A stretch of 64,000 nucleotides of DNA from the NCBI GenBank assembly GCA_017397765.1, contig JAFQIB010000001.1, forward strand, positions 2,936 through 66,935, written 5' to 3'. This document shows positions 9,134 to 17,628 of this stretch, piece by piece. The position numbers and the translations under genes are program-made. The stretch's first letter is position 1; every line of letters starts with the position of its first letter. Source of the stretch: Clostridia bacterium. GTDB lineage: Bacteria > Bacillota > Clostridia > Christensenellales > Aristaeellaceae. The notes under the pieces were generated by a model that worked only from the letters and a program-made list of their open reading frames with translations, had not been told where the DNA came from and did not search any database.

Positions 9134-10567
9134 ATGTCAATCACGAGCATGACGCTGACAGCGCTTTGCGATGCGCTGAAACGCAAGGAGCTCACACCGT
9201 TGGAGGTCGTCCGCAGCTATCTTGACCGCATCCATCAGGTGGAAGGCCACATTGGGGCATATATCTCCCTGGAAGGGGAAAATGCGCTGCTGAAGGCGGA
9301 GGAAAGCATGGACCGGCTTCCGCTGCAGGGGATTCCCGTGGCGGTCAAGGACAATATCTGCATTGAAAACCGGCGCATGACCTGCGCATCCCGCATGCTG
9401 GAGCATTTTGTGGCCCCCTATTCGGCAACGGCGTGGCAGCGGCTGGAAAGGGCTGGGTGCATCCTGTTGGGCAAAACCAATATGGATGAGTTCGGCATGG
9501 GCAGCACCACGGAGCACAGTGCCTTTCATGAGACGCACAATCCGCATGATCTGACCCGTGTGCCCGGCGGCTCCTCCGGCGGCAGCGCAGCAGCAGTGGC
9601 GGCAGGGGAGGCGGCCTTTGCGCTGGGCAGCGATACCGGCGGCTCCATCCGTCAGCCTGCAGCCCACTGCGGCGTGGTAGGGATGAAGCCTACCTATGGC
9701 ACAGTCAGCCGGTATGGCCTGACGGCGTTTGCCTCCTCCCTGGAGCAGATCGGCCCCATCACCCGGACGGTGGCGGACAATGCCCTGGCGCTGTCCGTGA
9801 TGGCCGGATGTGATCCAAGAGACGGCACCTCCGTAGCGCATCCCGGTCATTTCAGCGCACAGCTGGGCATGGATGTGAAAGGGCTGCGGATCGGTTTGCC
9901 AAAGGAAATGCTGGCAGGGGACGTCGCGCCGGAAATTCGGACGGCGGTGCTGGAGGCGGCTAAAACGCTGGAAGCCCTTGGCGCGGCGGTGGTGGAAATC
10001 AGCATGCCTACCGTCAAAACGGCGCTTCCGGCGTACTATATCATTTCCTCCGCCGAGGCCAGCAGCAATCTGGCCCGCTTTGACGGCGTCCGCTACGGAA
10101 GCCGGGCGGCGGACTATGCAGATCTGGACGAGATGTATGTAAAAAGCCGCACCGAAGGCTTTGGCGAAGAGGTCAAGCGACGGATTTTGCTGGGTACCTA
10201 TGCATTGTCCGCCGGTTACTACGATGCGTATTATAAGCGCGCCCTGCAGGTGCGGACGCTGGTCATCCGGGATTTCCGGCAAGCCTTTACTCAGGTGGAT
10301 TGCCTGCTGTCGCCCGTTACGCCACAGACTGCGCCGAAGCTGGGCGAGCTGGCTGACCCGGTGCAGACCTATCAGGGGGATCTGTATACGGTGACAGCCA
10401 ATATTGCGGGGATACCTGCGCTTTCCATGCCCTGCGGCAGGGATGAGAAGGGGCTGCCGATCGGGCTGCAGCTCATGGGACCTGCGTTTTCCGAGCCGCT
10501 GCTGTACCGTATCGGCCATGCGCTGGAGGCTGCGCTCGGCCCTGTGACAGGGGAGGTGCATCTGTGA
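9134..10567 (+). CDS. gatA: Asp-tRNA(Asn)/Glu-tRNA(Gln) amidotransferase subunit A
   Basis: Amidase signature GGSSGGSAAAVAAG...GSDTGGSIRQPA; 477 aa. Confidence 0.95.
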   Translation: MSITSMTLTALCDALKRKELTPLEVVRSYLDRIHQVEGHIGAYISLEGENALLKAEESMDRLPLQGIPVAVKDNICIENRRMTCASRMLEHFVAPYSATAWQRLERAGCILLGKTNMDEFGMGSTTEHSAFHETHNPHDLTRVPGGSSGGSAAAVAAGEAAFALGSDTGGSIRQPAAHCGVVGMKPTYGTVSRYGLTAFASSLEQIGPITRTVADNALALSVMAGCDPRDGTSVAHPGHFSAQLGMDVKGLRIGLPKEMLAGDVAPEIRTAVLEAAKTLEALGAAVVEISMPTVKTALPAYYIISSAEASSNLARFDGVRYGSRAADYADLDEMYVKSRTEGFGEEVKRRILLGTYALSAGYYDAYYKRALQVRTLVIRDFRQAFTQVDCLLSPVTPQTAPKLGELADPVQTYQGDLYTVTANIAGIPALSMPCGRDEKGLPIGLQLMGPAFSEPLLYRIGHALEAALGPVTGEVHL

Positions 10568-12009
10568 TGGCCTGGAAGATGAAGCAGGGGTATGAGCTGG
10601 TTGTCGGCCTGGAGGTACATGCGGAGCTTGCGACCCGCACCAAGATATTCTGCAGCTGCCCGACGACCTTCGGCGCTGTGCCGAATACCCAGTGCTGTCC
10701 GGTGTGCCTGGGCTATCCGGGGGCGCTGCCGGTGCTGAATGCGGAAGTGGTTCATTTCGCCGCCAAGGCGGGACTTGCGCTGGGCTGCAGGATCGCCCGG
10801 TTCTCCAAGCATGACCGCAAGAATTATTTCTATCCTGATCTGCCCAAGGCGTATCAGATCAGCCAGTTCGATCAGCCCCTGTGCGAGGGCGGCGAGCTGC
10901 TCATCAGCACAGCTGCAGGGGAGAAGCGGATCGGGATCACCCGCATCCATATAGAGGAGGACGCGGGCAAGCTGATCCATGATGAGCGGGGCACGCTGCT
11001 GGACATGAACCGCTGCGGCGTGCCGCTGATCGAGATTGTCTCCGAGCCGGATATCCGTACCCCGGAGGAGGCGGATGCCTATCTGCGCAAGCTTCGTACG
11101 GTGCTGCGCTACACCGGCGTCAGCGACTGCCGCATGCAGGAGGGCAGCCTGCGCTGTGACGTGAACCTGAGCATCCGCAAGCCCGGCGAGGCCTTTGGCA
11201 CCCGTACGGAGATGAAGAATCTGAATTCCTTCGTGTCCGTCGTCAAGGCGATTGAAGCGGAGTATGACAGGCAGGTGTCGGCGATCGAAGCGGGAGAAAC
11301 CATCCTGCAGGAGACCCGCCGCTTCGATCAGCGCAGCGGTCAGACCTATGCCATGCGCCGCAAGGAGAATGCCAACGATTACCGCTATTTTCCCGAGCCT
11401 GACCTTGGGCCTGTCATCGTGACGGAAACGCAGCTTGCAGCATGGCAAGGCGAGCTGCCCGTACTACCGGATGCAAGGAAAGCTGCCTATATGGCACAAT
11501 ACGGGCTGAGTGCCTATGCTGCAGAGCAGATCGTATCGGAGCGCGCCATTGCGGAATACTTTGAGCAGGCGGCAGCGCTGTCGCATGCCCCCAAAACGGT
11601 GGCGAATCTGCTGATTACGGAGGTGTTCCGGCTATTGGACGGGGAGGATGCGGTCATCTGCATCTCTCCTGAAGACCTGGCTCGGCTGGCGGACATGACA
11701 GAGGACGGCGAGATCAACAACAACACCGCCAAAGCGGCCATCGCCGGGGTCTGGCAGACGGATGAAACGCCGGAAGATTATGTGAACCGCCTGGGGCTTC
11801 GGCAGATCAGCGACGCAGCGGTGCTCTCTCCGCTTGTCCGGCAGACGATTGAGGAGAATCCGAAGATGGTCGCTCAGTACTATGGGGGCAAAGCCTCCGT
11901 CAAGCGGGCGATCATGGGTGCTGCCATGCGGCTGGCTGCCGGCAAGGCGAATCCCGATATGATGATGCGGCTGGTGGACGAAGCGCTGGACGGGCAGGAG
12001 AATAAGTAA
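10564..12009 (+). CDS. gatB: Asp-tRNA(Asn)/Glu-tRNA(Gln) amidotransferase subunit B
   Basis: YELVVGLEVHAEL, KIFCSC, DRKNYFYPDLPK and a YqeY-like C-terminal tail. Overlaps the gatA stop (GTGATG). Confidence 0.95.
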   Translation: MMAWKMKQGYELVVGLEVHAELATRTKIFCSCPTTFGAVPNTQCCPVCLGYPGALPVLNAEVVHFAAKAGLALGCRIARFSKHDRKNYFYPDLPKAYQISQFDQPLCEGGELLISTAAGEKRIGITRIHIEEDAGKLIHDERGTLLDMNRCGVPLIEIVSEPDIRTPEEADAYLRKLRTVLRYTGVSDCRMQEGSLRCDVNLSIRKPGEAFGTRTEMKNLNSFVSVVKAIEAEYDRQVSAIEAGETILQETRRFDQRSGQTYAMRRKENANDYRYFPEPDLGPVIVTETQLAAWQGELPVLPDARKAAYMAQYGLSAYAAEQIVSERAIAEYFEQAAALSHAPKTVANLLITEVFRLLDGEDAVICISPEDLARLADMTEDGEINNNTAKAAIAGVWQTDETPEDYVNRLGLRQISDAAVLSPLVRQTIEENPKMVAQYYGGKASVKRAIMGAAMRLAAGKANPDMMMRLVDEALDGQENK

Positions 12010-12066
12010 ACAACGCCTGGGGAAGAGAACGCTTCGGAATAGACTTGTCTGACAATGAGAAAAGAC

Positions 12067-12100
12067 GAGCATCTGGTATTCATGCCGGATGCTCATTTTC
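12067..12100 (+). terminator. Rho-independent terminator after gatB
   Basis: GAGCATCTGGtattcatgCCGGATGCTC followed by ATTTTC. Confidence 0.7.
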
Positions 12101-12726
12101 TTATGCTATTGTTCAAATGCAATGGATCGAAAGGGGAGAAATTCGCGCGGGTGTATGGAAACTGCTGCGTTGGGGCTGGCAGTTCGACAAATTGGGATTT
12201 GGCATTCCGACAAACTGGAATTGGCAGGGAGATGTAGGATTGCCGGTAACGGCCTCATCCGTCACGGCTTGCGCCGTGCCACCTTCCCCCGAGGGGGAAG
12301 GTTTTGAAGTCCCGCGGCCCTGGTTATTCCCAATCATTCCAGACTACCGTATATTCAAGCCGCATCGGCTGCAGCGAGACCTCAAAAGGAACAATGCGGC
12401 GATTTTGCAGAGGGTTTCTTCCGCTTTAGCGGAAATTCAGAGAAACCCTCTGCAATCGAGCCGCCCCGGATGCAGCCGCCACTACGCCTACTCAGGAGAA
12501 CAGAGGGGGACCGGGGGGGAGCTACTTTAGCTTCCCCCCGGCGGCATTGCGCCACTTTCGACGCGCGAAAGTGGCTCTCAAGCTGCGGTGCAGTATTGCT
12601 TCTGAAGAAAAGAAATCGGACGTTCATATTACAGAAGAGCTCCCTCAGTCAGCTGCCAGCTCTCTCGTGAGGGAGCCATTTGGTGTGCCAATCCCAGTTT
12701 GTCACGCTTGCCATTCATTGTGAAAA
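12101..12726. repeat. Non-coding gap packed with a tandem repeat and GC-rich palindromes
   Basis: Contains a tandem 23-bp direct repeat (12177-12222). Perfect or near-perfect hairpins sit at 12281-12302 (ACCTTCCCCCGAGGGGGAAGGT), 12405-12455, 12511-12541, 12551-12575 and 12637-12683. The last one belongs to the CCCTCAGTCAG palindromic family also seen at 18.86 and 36.83 kb. Confidence 0.8.
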
Positions 12727-12759
12727 TGAAAAAGCCAAACTGCGCTTTGCAGCTTGGCT
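12727..12759 (-). terminator. Rho-independent terminator after the acidic-repeat protein gene
   Basis: Minus strand reads AGCCAAgctgcaaagcgcagtTTGGCT followed by TTTTT. Confidence 0.65.
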
Positions 12760-12803
12760 TTGGGTGTATCGCTTGCGACAGGGGAGGCTTTGAACGTGCG
12801 GAA

Positions 12804-13640
12804 TCAGGCAGCCGGAGCTTCCTCGACGGTTTCTTCGACCGCTTCAGTGGTCTCTTCGACGGCCTCAGTCACAGCCTCTTCGACCGCTTCAGTCTCGGCT
12901 TCGACGGTCTCTTCAACGGGCATGGGGGTCGGCTCGACGGTCTCGATCACGGCTTCTTCGACAGCCTCTTCAGCAACCTCGGTGGTCTCCTCAACAGGCA
13001 TGGGGGTCGGCTCGGCGGTCTCCGTCACGGCCTCTTCGACAGCCTCTTCGACAACCTCGGTGGTCTCCTCAACAGGCATGGGGGTCGGCTCGGCGGTCTC
13101 CGTCACGACTTCTTCGGCGATCTCTTCGACAACCTCGGCGGTCTCTTCAACGGGCGCGGGCGTCGGCTCGACGGTGGGAGCGGGGGTGATGCCGTTCAGC
13201 GCGTTCAGGGCCATCTGGATGCTGTTTTCCACATTGGCCAGATAAACCTCCGCAGCAGCCTTGTTGGCTTTGGCGGTTTCCAGATCGGCGGTCAGCACGG
13301 CGATCTGCGCCTTGTTGGCGTTGTTTTCCTCAGTCAGGGAGGTGAGCTGGACTTCCAGATCGGAAACCTTCTTCGTGGATTCCTCCAGGGTCAGCTGGGC
13401 CTCGCGGAGATCCTCTTTGGCCAGGTTCAGCTCGGCTTCGACGGCTTCCTTATCGGTCACCGTCTGCTGCAGCGTGGCGTTGGTTTCGGTCAGCTCGGTG
13501 TTCAGGCTGTCCAGCTGGGAGTTCAGGGCGTTGGAACGGGTGAACAGCACAACGATCAGGATGAGCGCCACCACCAGCACAACGATCAGTGCGATGAGGG
13601 ACGGGTTTTTCTTTTGTACGGTCTTGGCGGTTTCAGACAT
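12804..13640 (-). CDS. membrane-anchored coiled-coil protein with a C-terminal acidic tandem-repeat tail
   Basis: N-terminal TM (LIALIVVLVVALILIVVLF) and a heptad-rich region of about 130 aa. This is followed by about 3.5 copies of a 26-aa unit, EPTPMPVEETTEVVEEAVEEAVTETA. No recognisable enzymatic motif. Confidence 0.7.
   Translation of the reverse strand: MSETAKTVQKKNPSLIALIVVLVVALILIVVLFTRSNALNSQLDSLNTELTETNATLQQTVTDKEAVEAELNLAKEDLREAQLTLEESTKKVSDLEVQLTSLTEENNANKAQIAVLTADLETAKANKAAAEVYLANVENSIQMALNALNGITPAPTVEPTPAPVEETAEVVEEIAEEVVTETAEPTPMPVEETTEVVEEAVEEAVTETAEPTPMPVEETTEVAEEAVEEAVIETVEPTPMPVEETVEAETEAVEEAVTEAVEETTEAVEETVEEAPAA
12899..13175. repeat. 78-bp tandem repeat (about 3.5 copies) inside the acidic protein gene
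   Basis: Unit starts at 12899, 12977, 13055 and 13133 (period 78 bp = 26 codons); the last copy is degenerate. Confidence 0.9.
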
Positions 13641-13698
13641 GGGGAATCCTCCTTAAATCATATGAAGTGTTGCAAACGTACGTCGGTACGCAGGAGAC

Positions 13699-14142
13699 TT
13701 AATCAAGCTGTGCATCCAGGGCGCGAAGCTCGGTGAGCGCCTGCTCCAGCCGGAGAATGGCTTCCGCCGTGGCAGCGGCTTCAGAATTGCTCTCAAACGT
13801 CTGCGCCTGCAGGACCTCCAGCGCCGCGGCCAGGCTGGCATTTTCCGCCCGCAGCTCCTTGCGCTGCTGACGGAGCGCCTGCTCCTGATCGTAGGCGGCC
13901 TGTGCCTGCGGCTGAAGGACTGCCAGCTCTGCCTGAGCAGCGGGAATCGCTTCAAGCACTTCTGCAAATTCCATCTCCTGCTTCAGCAGACGGCCCTGCA
14001 TGGTCCGCAGGTTGCGCTGAGCCTCATTGATCTGCCGGGAGAGGGAAGCCTGATGAAAGACGGAGACGGCTACTGTGATGCTGCAAAGCAGGAGCACGGC
14101 AATGAAAAACGCGGAAAACACAGGGGAGTAATGCTTTCTCAT
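13699..14142 (-). CDS. membrane-anchored coiled-coil protein
   Basis: Start set at MRKHYSPVFSAFFIAVLLLCSITVAV (GAAGGAGG RBS). One TM helix, then a Q/A/E/L-rich coiled coil. Tandem with the preceding coiled-coil gene. Confidence 0.6.
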   Translation of the reverse strand: MRKHYSPVFSAFFIAVLLLCSITVAVSVFHQASLSRQINEAQRNLRTMQGRLLKQEMEFAEVLEAIPAAQAELAVLQPQAQAAYDQEQALRQQRKELRAENASLAAALEVLQAQTFESNSEAAATAEAILRLEQALTELRALDAQLD

Positions 14143-14317
14143 ATTGCTGCGGCCTCCTTCATGCTGCGGGCAGATTGTTGTAAAGTGTATTGTAGCATAG
14201 TTCTGGGAAAAATGCAAAGGCGTTTGCCAAAATGCAGGATGAAAACCGTAAAATTTCACAAAGATTACAGGTTTGTGTTCAAGGTCAGGAAATGTCATAA
14301 AAAATATCAAAGAGGCC

Positions 14318-14346
14318 TTGCAATGTGCTGTGAAGCCTGATATAAT
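14318..14346 (+). promoter_or_regulatory. sigma-A type promoter for pyrC
   Basis: TTGCAA-17 nt-TATAAT, 37 nt upstream of the GTG start. Confidence 0.6.
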
Positions 14347-14383
14347 AAATCGGATAAGCAAAAAGCAGAAGGAGGGACGTCAC

Positions 14384-15652
14384 GTGCGGATGCTGCTCAA
14401 GGGCGGTCTGGTGTACGAAAAGGGTCACCTTGTTCCCATGGACGTGGAGATCACGGACGGTATTGTCACCGGCCGCGGACAGGTTATTTCTTCCAATGCA
14501 GATCAGGTGTTTGATTGCCGCGGGCTCGCGGTTTTTCCCGGTTTTGCGGATGTGCATGTGCATCTTCGTGAGCCGGGCTTTTCTTATAAGGAGACCATCG
14601 AAACCGGCACAAAGGCCTGCGCCCGGGGCGGTTATACGGTGGTCGGCGCGATGCCGAATCTGAACCCCGCGCCGGATTCTGATGAGCACCTGAAGGTGCA
14701 GGAGGAGATGATCGCTGAACAGGCGGTGATCCGGGTGCTGCCCTATGCCTCCATCACCCTGGGCCAGAAGGGCGAGGGCGAGTTGACGGATATCACCGGC
14801 CTTGCAGCCCGCGTGATCGGCTTCTCCGATGACGGGCGCGGCGTGAAGGAAGCGGAAACCATGAAGGAGGCCATGCTGCGCTGCAAGGCGGCGGATTCCA
14901 TCATTGCAGCCCACTGCGAGGACATGAGCCTGATTCCCGCCGGCGGCGCGATTCACGACGGCGCTTTTGCGAAGGAACACGGCATTCCCGGCATCCCATC
15001 GGAGAGCGAGTGGGGCCCGATTGCCCGTGACGTGGAGCTCATCCGCGAGACCGGCTGCCGCTATCACGTCTGCCATGTCAGCGCGAAGGAGAGTGTGGAC
15101 ATCATCCGCAGGGCCAAGGCGGAGGGCCTTGATATCACCTGCGAGACCGGCCCCCACTACCTGCTGATGAGTCAGGATGACCTGCAGGATCTGGGCCGCT
15201 TCAAGATGAACCCGCCCCTGCGGGACAAGGAAGATCAGGCCGCACTGATCGAGGGTTTGCTGGACGGCACCATTGACATGATTGCGACTGACCATGCCCC
15301 CCACTCCGCCGAGGAGAAGGGCAGGGGACTGGCCAAGTCCGCAATGGGCGTGGTCGGCATCGAAAGTGCCTTCCCGCTGATGTACACCTACTTTGTGGAA
15401 CCCGGGAAGATGTCTTTGGAAACGCTGATGAACCGCATGGTCTACTCGCCCCGCAGGCGCTTCCGCCTGGACGGCGGCATGGAGCTCGGCGACCGTGCGG
15501 AGATCACCGTGTTCGACCTGAATGCGGACAAGGTGATCGACCCGGCTGAGTTCCTCTCCAAGGGCAAAGCCACCCCCTTTGAGGGCTGGAAGGTGCACGC
15601 GGAGTGCAAGCTGACCATCTGCGGTGATTCCATCGCGTATGACGCGCTGTAA
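14384..15652 (+). CDS. pyrC: dihydroorotase
   Basis: GFADVHVHLREPG metal-binding motif and DHAPH. Start at GTG 8 nt after GGAGGG (an ATG lies 2 codons downstream). Confidence 0.9.
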   Translation: MRMLLKGGLVYEKGHLVPMDVEITDGIVTGRGQVISSNADQVFDCRGLAVFPGFADVHVHLREPGFSYKETIETGTKACARGGYTVVGAMPNLNPAPDSDEHLKVQEEMIAEQAVIRVLPYASITLGQKGEGELTDITGLAARVIGFSDDGRGVKEAETMKEAMLRCKAADSIIAAHCEDMSLIPAGGAIHDGAFAKEHGIPGIPSESEWGPIARDVELIRETGCRYHVCHVSAKESVDIIRRAKAEGLDITCETGPHYLLMSQDDLQDLGRFKMNPPLRDKEDQAALIEGLLDGTIDMIATDHAPHSAEEKGRGLAKSAMGVVGIESAFPLMYTYFVEPGKMSLETLMNRMVYSPRRRFRLDGGMELGDRAEITVFDLNADKVIDPAEFLSKGKATPFEGWKVHAECKLTICGDSIAYDAL

Positions 15653-15657
15653 TCACC

Positions 15658-15771
15658 AAATTCGGAATTCGAAATTCGGAATGCGGAATTGATAGGGTAC
15701 GCCATATCCGAGATACCGCAGTCCGTCCAAACAAACTAAATTCCGAATTCCGAATTCATAATTCCGAATTT
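15658..15771. repeat. Palindromic heptamer-array element, copy A
   Basis: Left arm is AATTCGG/AATTCGA/AATTCGG/AATGCGG+AATT. A 47-bp unique centre follows. Right arm is AATTCCG/AATTCCG/AATTCAT/AATTCCG+AATT. The arms are reverse complements of each other. Confidence 0.9.
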
Positions 15772-15786
15772 AATAAGGAGATTGCT

Positions 15787-16509
15787 ATGCAGTATCAACT
15801 GATCGAAAATACCCAACTGACTGAAACTGTCTGGCGCATGAAGCTGGCGGGCGATACCAGCGCGATCAAGGCTCCCGGCCAGTTCGTGCAGCTGACTGTT
15901 CCCGGCTTCTACCTGCGCCGCCCCATCTCCATCTGCGACTGGGACGAAGAAACCATCACCCTGGTGTACAAGGTGGTCGGTCAGGGCACCGAAGCCATGT
16001 CCGCCATGAAGATCGGCATGGAGCTGGATGTGCTCAACGGCCTGGGCAACGGCTTTGACACTTCCCGCTGCGGCGACAAGCCGCTGCTCATCGGCGGCGG
16101 CGTGGGTCTGCCGCCCATGATCGGCCTGTGCCGTCAGCTGATCGCCGAGGGCAAGCAGCCCACGGTGCTGGCTGGCTTCAATAAGGCCAGCGAGGTCTTC
16201 CTGCAGGATGCAGTGGAAGCGATGGGTGCGGCTTTCGTGCTGGCCACGATGGACGGTTCTGCCGGCGTGAAGGGCCTGGTCACCGACGCGATGGCCGATC
16301 TGGACTTCACGGATATCTGCGCCTGCGGCCCGCTGCCCATGCTCAAGGCCATCATGAACGCCACGGACAAGCCTGCCCAGCTCTCCTTTGAGGAGCGGAT
16401 GGGCTGCGGCTTCGGCGCCTGCATGGGCTGCACGGTGAAGGTCAAGGGCGGCTACAAGCGCATCTGCAAGGACGGCCCGATTCTCGACCGCGAGGAGGTA
16501 ATTTGGTAA
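15787..16509 (+). CDS. pyrK: dihydroorotate dehydrogenase electron-transfer subunit
   Basis: FAD/NAD-binding fold plus a C-terminal 2Fe-2S motif CGFGACMGCTV...C. Immediately upstream of pyrD. Confidence 0.9.
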   Translation: MQYQLIENTQLTETVWRMKLAGDTSAIKAPGQFVQLTVPGFYLRRPISICDWDEETITLVYKVVGQGTEAMSAMKIGMELDVLNGLGNGFDTSRCGDKPLLIGGGVGLPPMIGLCRQLIAEGKQPTVLAGFNKASEVFLQDAVEAMGAAFVLATMDGSAGVKGLVTDAMADLDFTDICACGPLPMLKAIMNATDKPAQLSFEERMGCGFGACMGCTVKVKGGYKRICKDGPILDREEVIW

Positions 16510-16510
16510 T

Positions 16511-17416
16511 ATGAAGGACTTGTCTGTCGTTCTCTCCGGCGTGAAGCTGGATAACCCCATCATCCCCGCCAGCGGCACCTACGGCTTCGGCCAGGAGTTC
16601 CTGCCGTTCTATGACATCAACATCCTCGGCTCCCTGTCCTTCAAGGGCACGACCGCCGAGAGCCGCTTTGGCAACCCTACCCCCCGCATTGCAGAGTGCC
16701 CCAACGGCATGTTGAACTCTGTTGGATTGCAGAATCCCGGTGTGGATCACGTTATCGCTCATGAGCTGCCGGAGCTGCGCAAGGTGTTCCACAAGCCCAT
16801 CGTGGCCAACATCAGCGGCTTCTCCATCGACGAGTACGTCAGCTGCGTGGAGAAGCTCACCAAGGAAGATCAGGTGGAGATCCTGGAGGTCAACATCTCC
16901 TGTCCGAACGTCCACGGCGGCGGCATGGCCTTCGGTACCAGCCCCGAGGCGGCGGCGAGCGTCACCCGCGCGGTGAAGCAGGTGGCTACCAAGCCTGTGT
17001 ACATCAAGCTGAGCCCCAATGTGACGGATATCGTGTCCATCGCCAAGGCCTGCGAGGAAGCCGGCGCGGACGGCCTGAGCCTGATCAATACCCTGCTGGG
17101 CATGCGCATCGACCTGAACCGCCGCAAGCCCATCCTGGCCAACGTCATGGGCGGCTACTCCGGTCCCGGCATCTTCCCCGTGGCGGTGCGCATGGTCTAT
17201 CAGGTGACCGGCGCGGTGAAGATTCCAGTCATCGGCATGGGCGGCATCTCCACGGCCCGCGACGTCATCGAGATGATGATGGCCGGCGCCAAGGCCGTGC
17301 AGGTCGGCGCGGCGAACCTGGTCAACCCCTATGCCTGCAAGGAGATCATCGAGCAGCTGCCCATCGAGATGGAGAAGCTGGGGATTGAACGTCTGAGCGA
17401 CATTACTCGCATCTGA
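16511..17416 (+). CDS. pyrD: dihydroorotate dehydrogenase B catalytic subunit
   Basis: PASGTYGFG, LEVNISCPNV, INTLLGM and GMGGI motifs of class 1B DHODH. Confidence 0.95.
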   Translation: MKDLSVVLSGVKLDNPIIPASGTYGFGQEFLPFYDINILGSLSFKGTTAESRFGNPTPRIAECPNGMLNSVGLQNPGVDHVIAHELPELRKVFHKPIVANISGFSIDEYVSCVEKLTKEDQVEILEVNISCPNVHGGGMAFGTSPEAAASVTRAVKQVATKPVYIKLSPNVTDIVSIAKACEEAGADGLSLINTLLGMRIDLNRRKPILANVMGGYSGPGIFPVAVRMVYQVTGAVKIPVIGMGGISTARDVIEMMMAGAKAVQVGAANLVNPYACKEIIEQLPIEMEKLGIERLSDITRI

Positions 17417-17418
17417 CA

Positions 17419-17580
17419 CGAAGCGCGGAAAATGGGTTAAGGGCCGATGGCCCTTACGGGGGATGGAAGGGGCCGCGGAGGCCCCTCCCCGCCGGAGGCC
17501 CTCACGCCGCAGCGTGAAAATGCCCCACGCGCCTTTCGCGGAATCTCCGATTCCGCCGAAACAGCTTGCCCAGCCGCAAC
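17419..17580. repeat. GC-rich intergenic repeat, family R, copy 1
   Basis: GAAGCGCGGAAAATGGGTTAAGGGCCGATGGCCCTTA ... CCCCACGCGCCTTTCGCGGAATCTCCGATTCCGCCGAAACAGCTTGCCCAGCC aligns with 36519-36685. Starts 3 nt after the pyrD stop. Confidence 0.8.
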
Positions 17581-17628
17581 GCAGCAAACCCAAGCAGCAC
17601 AATCCGACTTGCCGCAAAGGAGCAAACC

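Noticed and set aside
12045-12627. Several 60-160-aa ORFs lie in the gatB downstream gap (for example 12045..12530, containing PSPEGEGF).
   Set aside because: They read through palindromic repeat units, and the same peptide-like strings arise wherever these repeats occur. There is no RBS, and the frames overlap each other. I treated them as translation artefacts of repeats.
14273-14383. Upstream in-frame extensions of several track ORFs: pyrC from 14273, htpG from 34514, GH27 to 38488, GH10 from 39993, pyk to 54514 and sufD to 42502.
   Set aside because: In each case an internal start with a strong Shine-Dalgarno sequence coincides with the conserved N-terminus of the family. The extensions run through promoters, terminators or the neighbouring gene.
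15658-15771. I considered whether the heptamer arrays are a CRISPR array or PyrR attenuators.
   Set aside because: The repeat unit is only 7 bp with no spacers, and the arrays occur as inverted pairs, so this is not CRISPR. There is no PyrR-binding consensus, and copies occur at non-pyr loci (23.6 and 56.1 kb), so this is not a pyr-specific attenuator.
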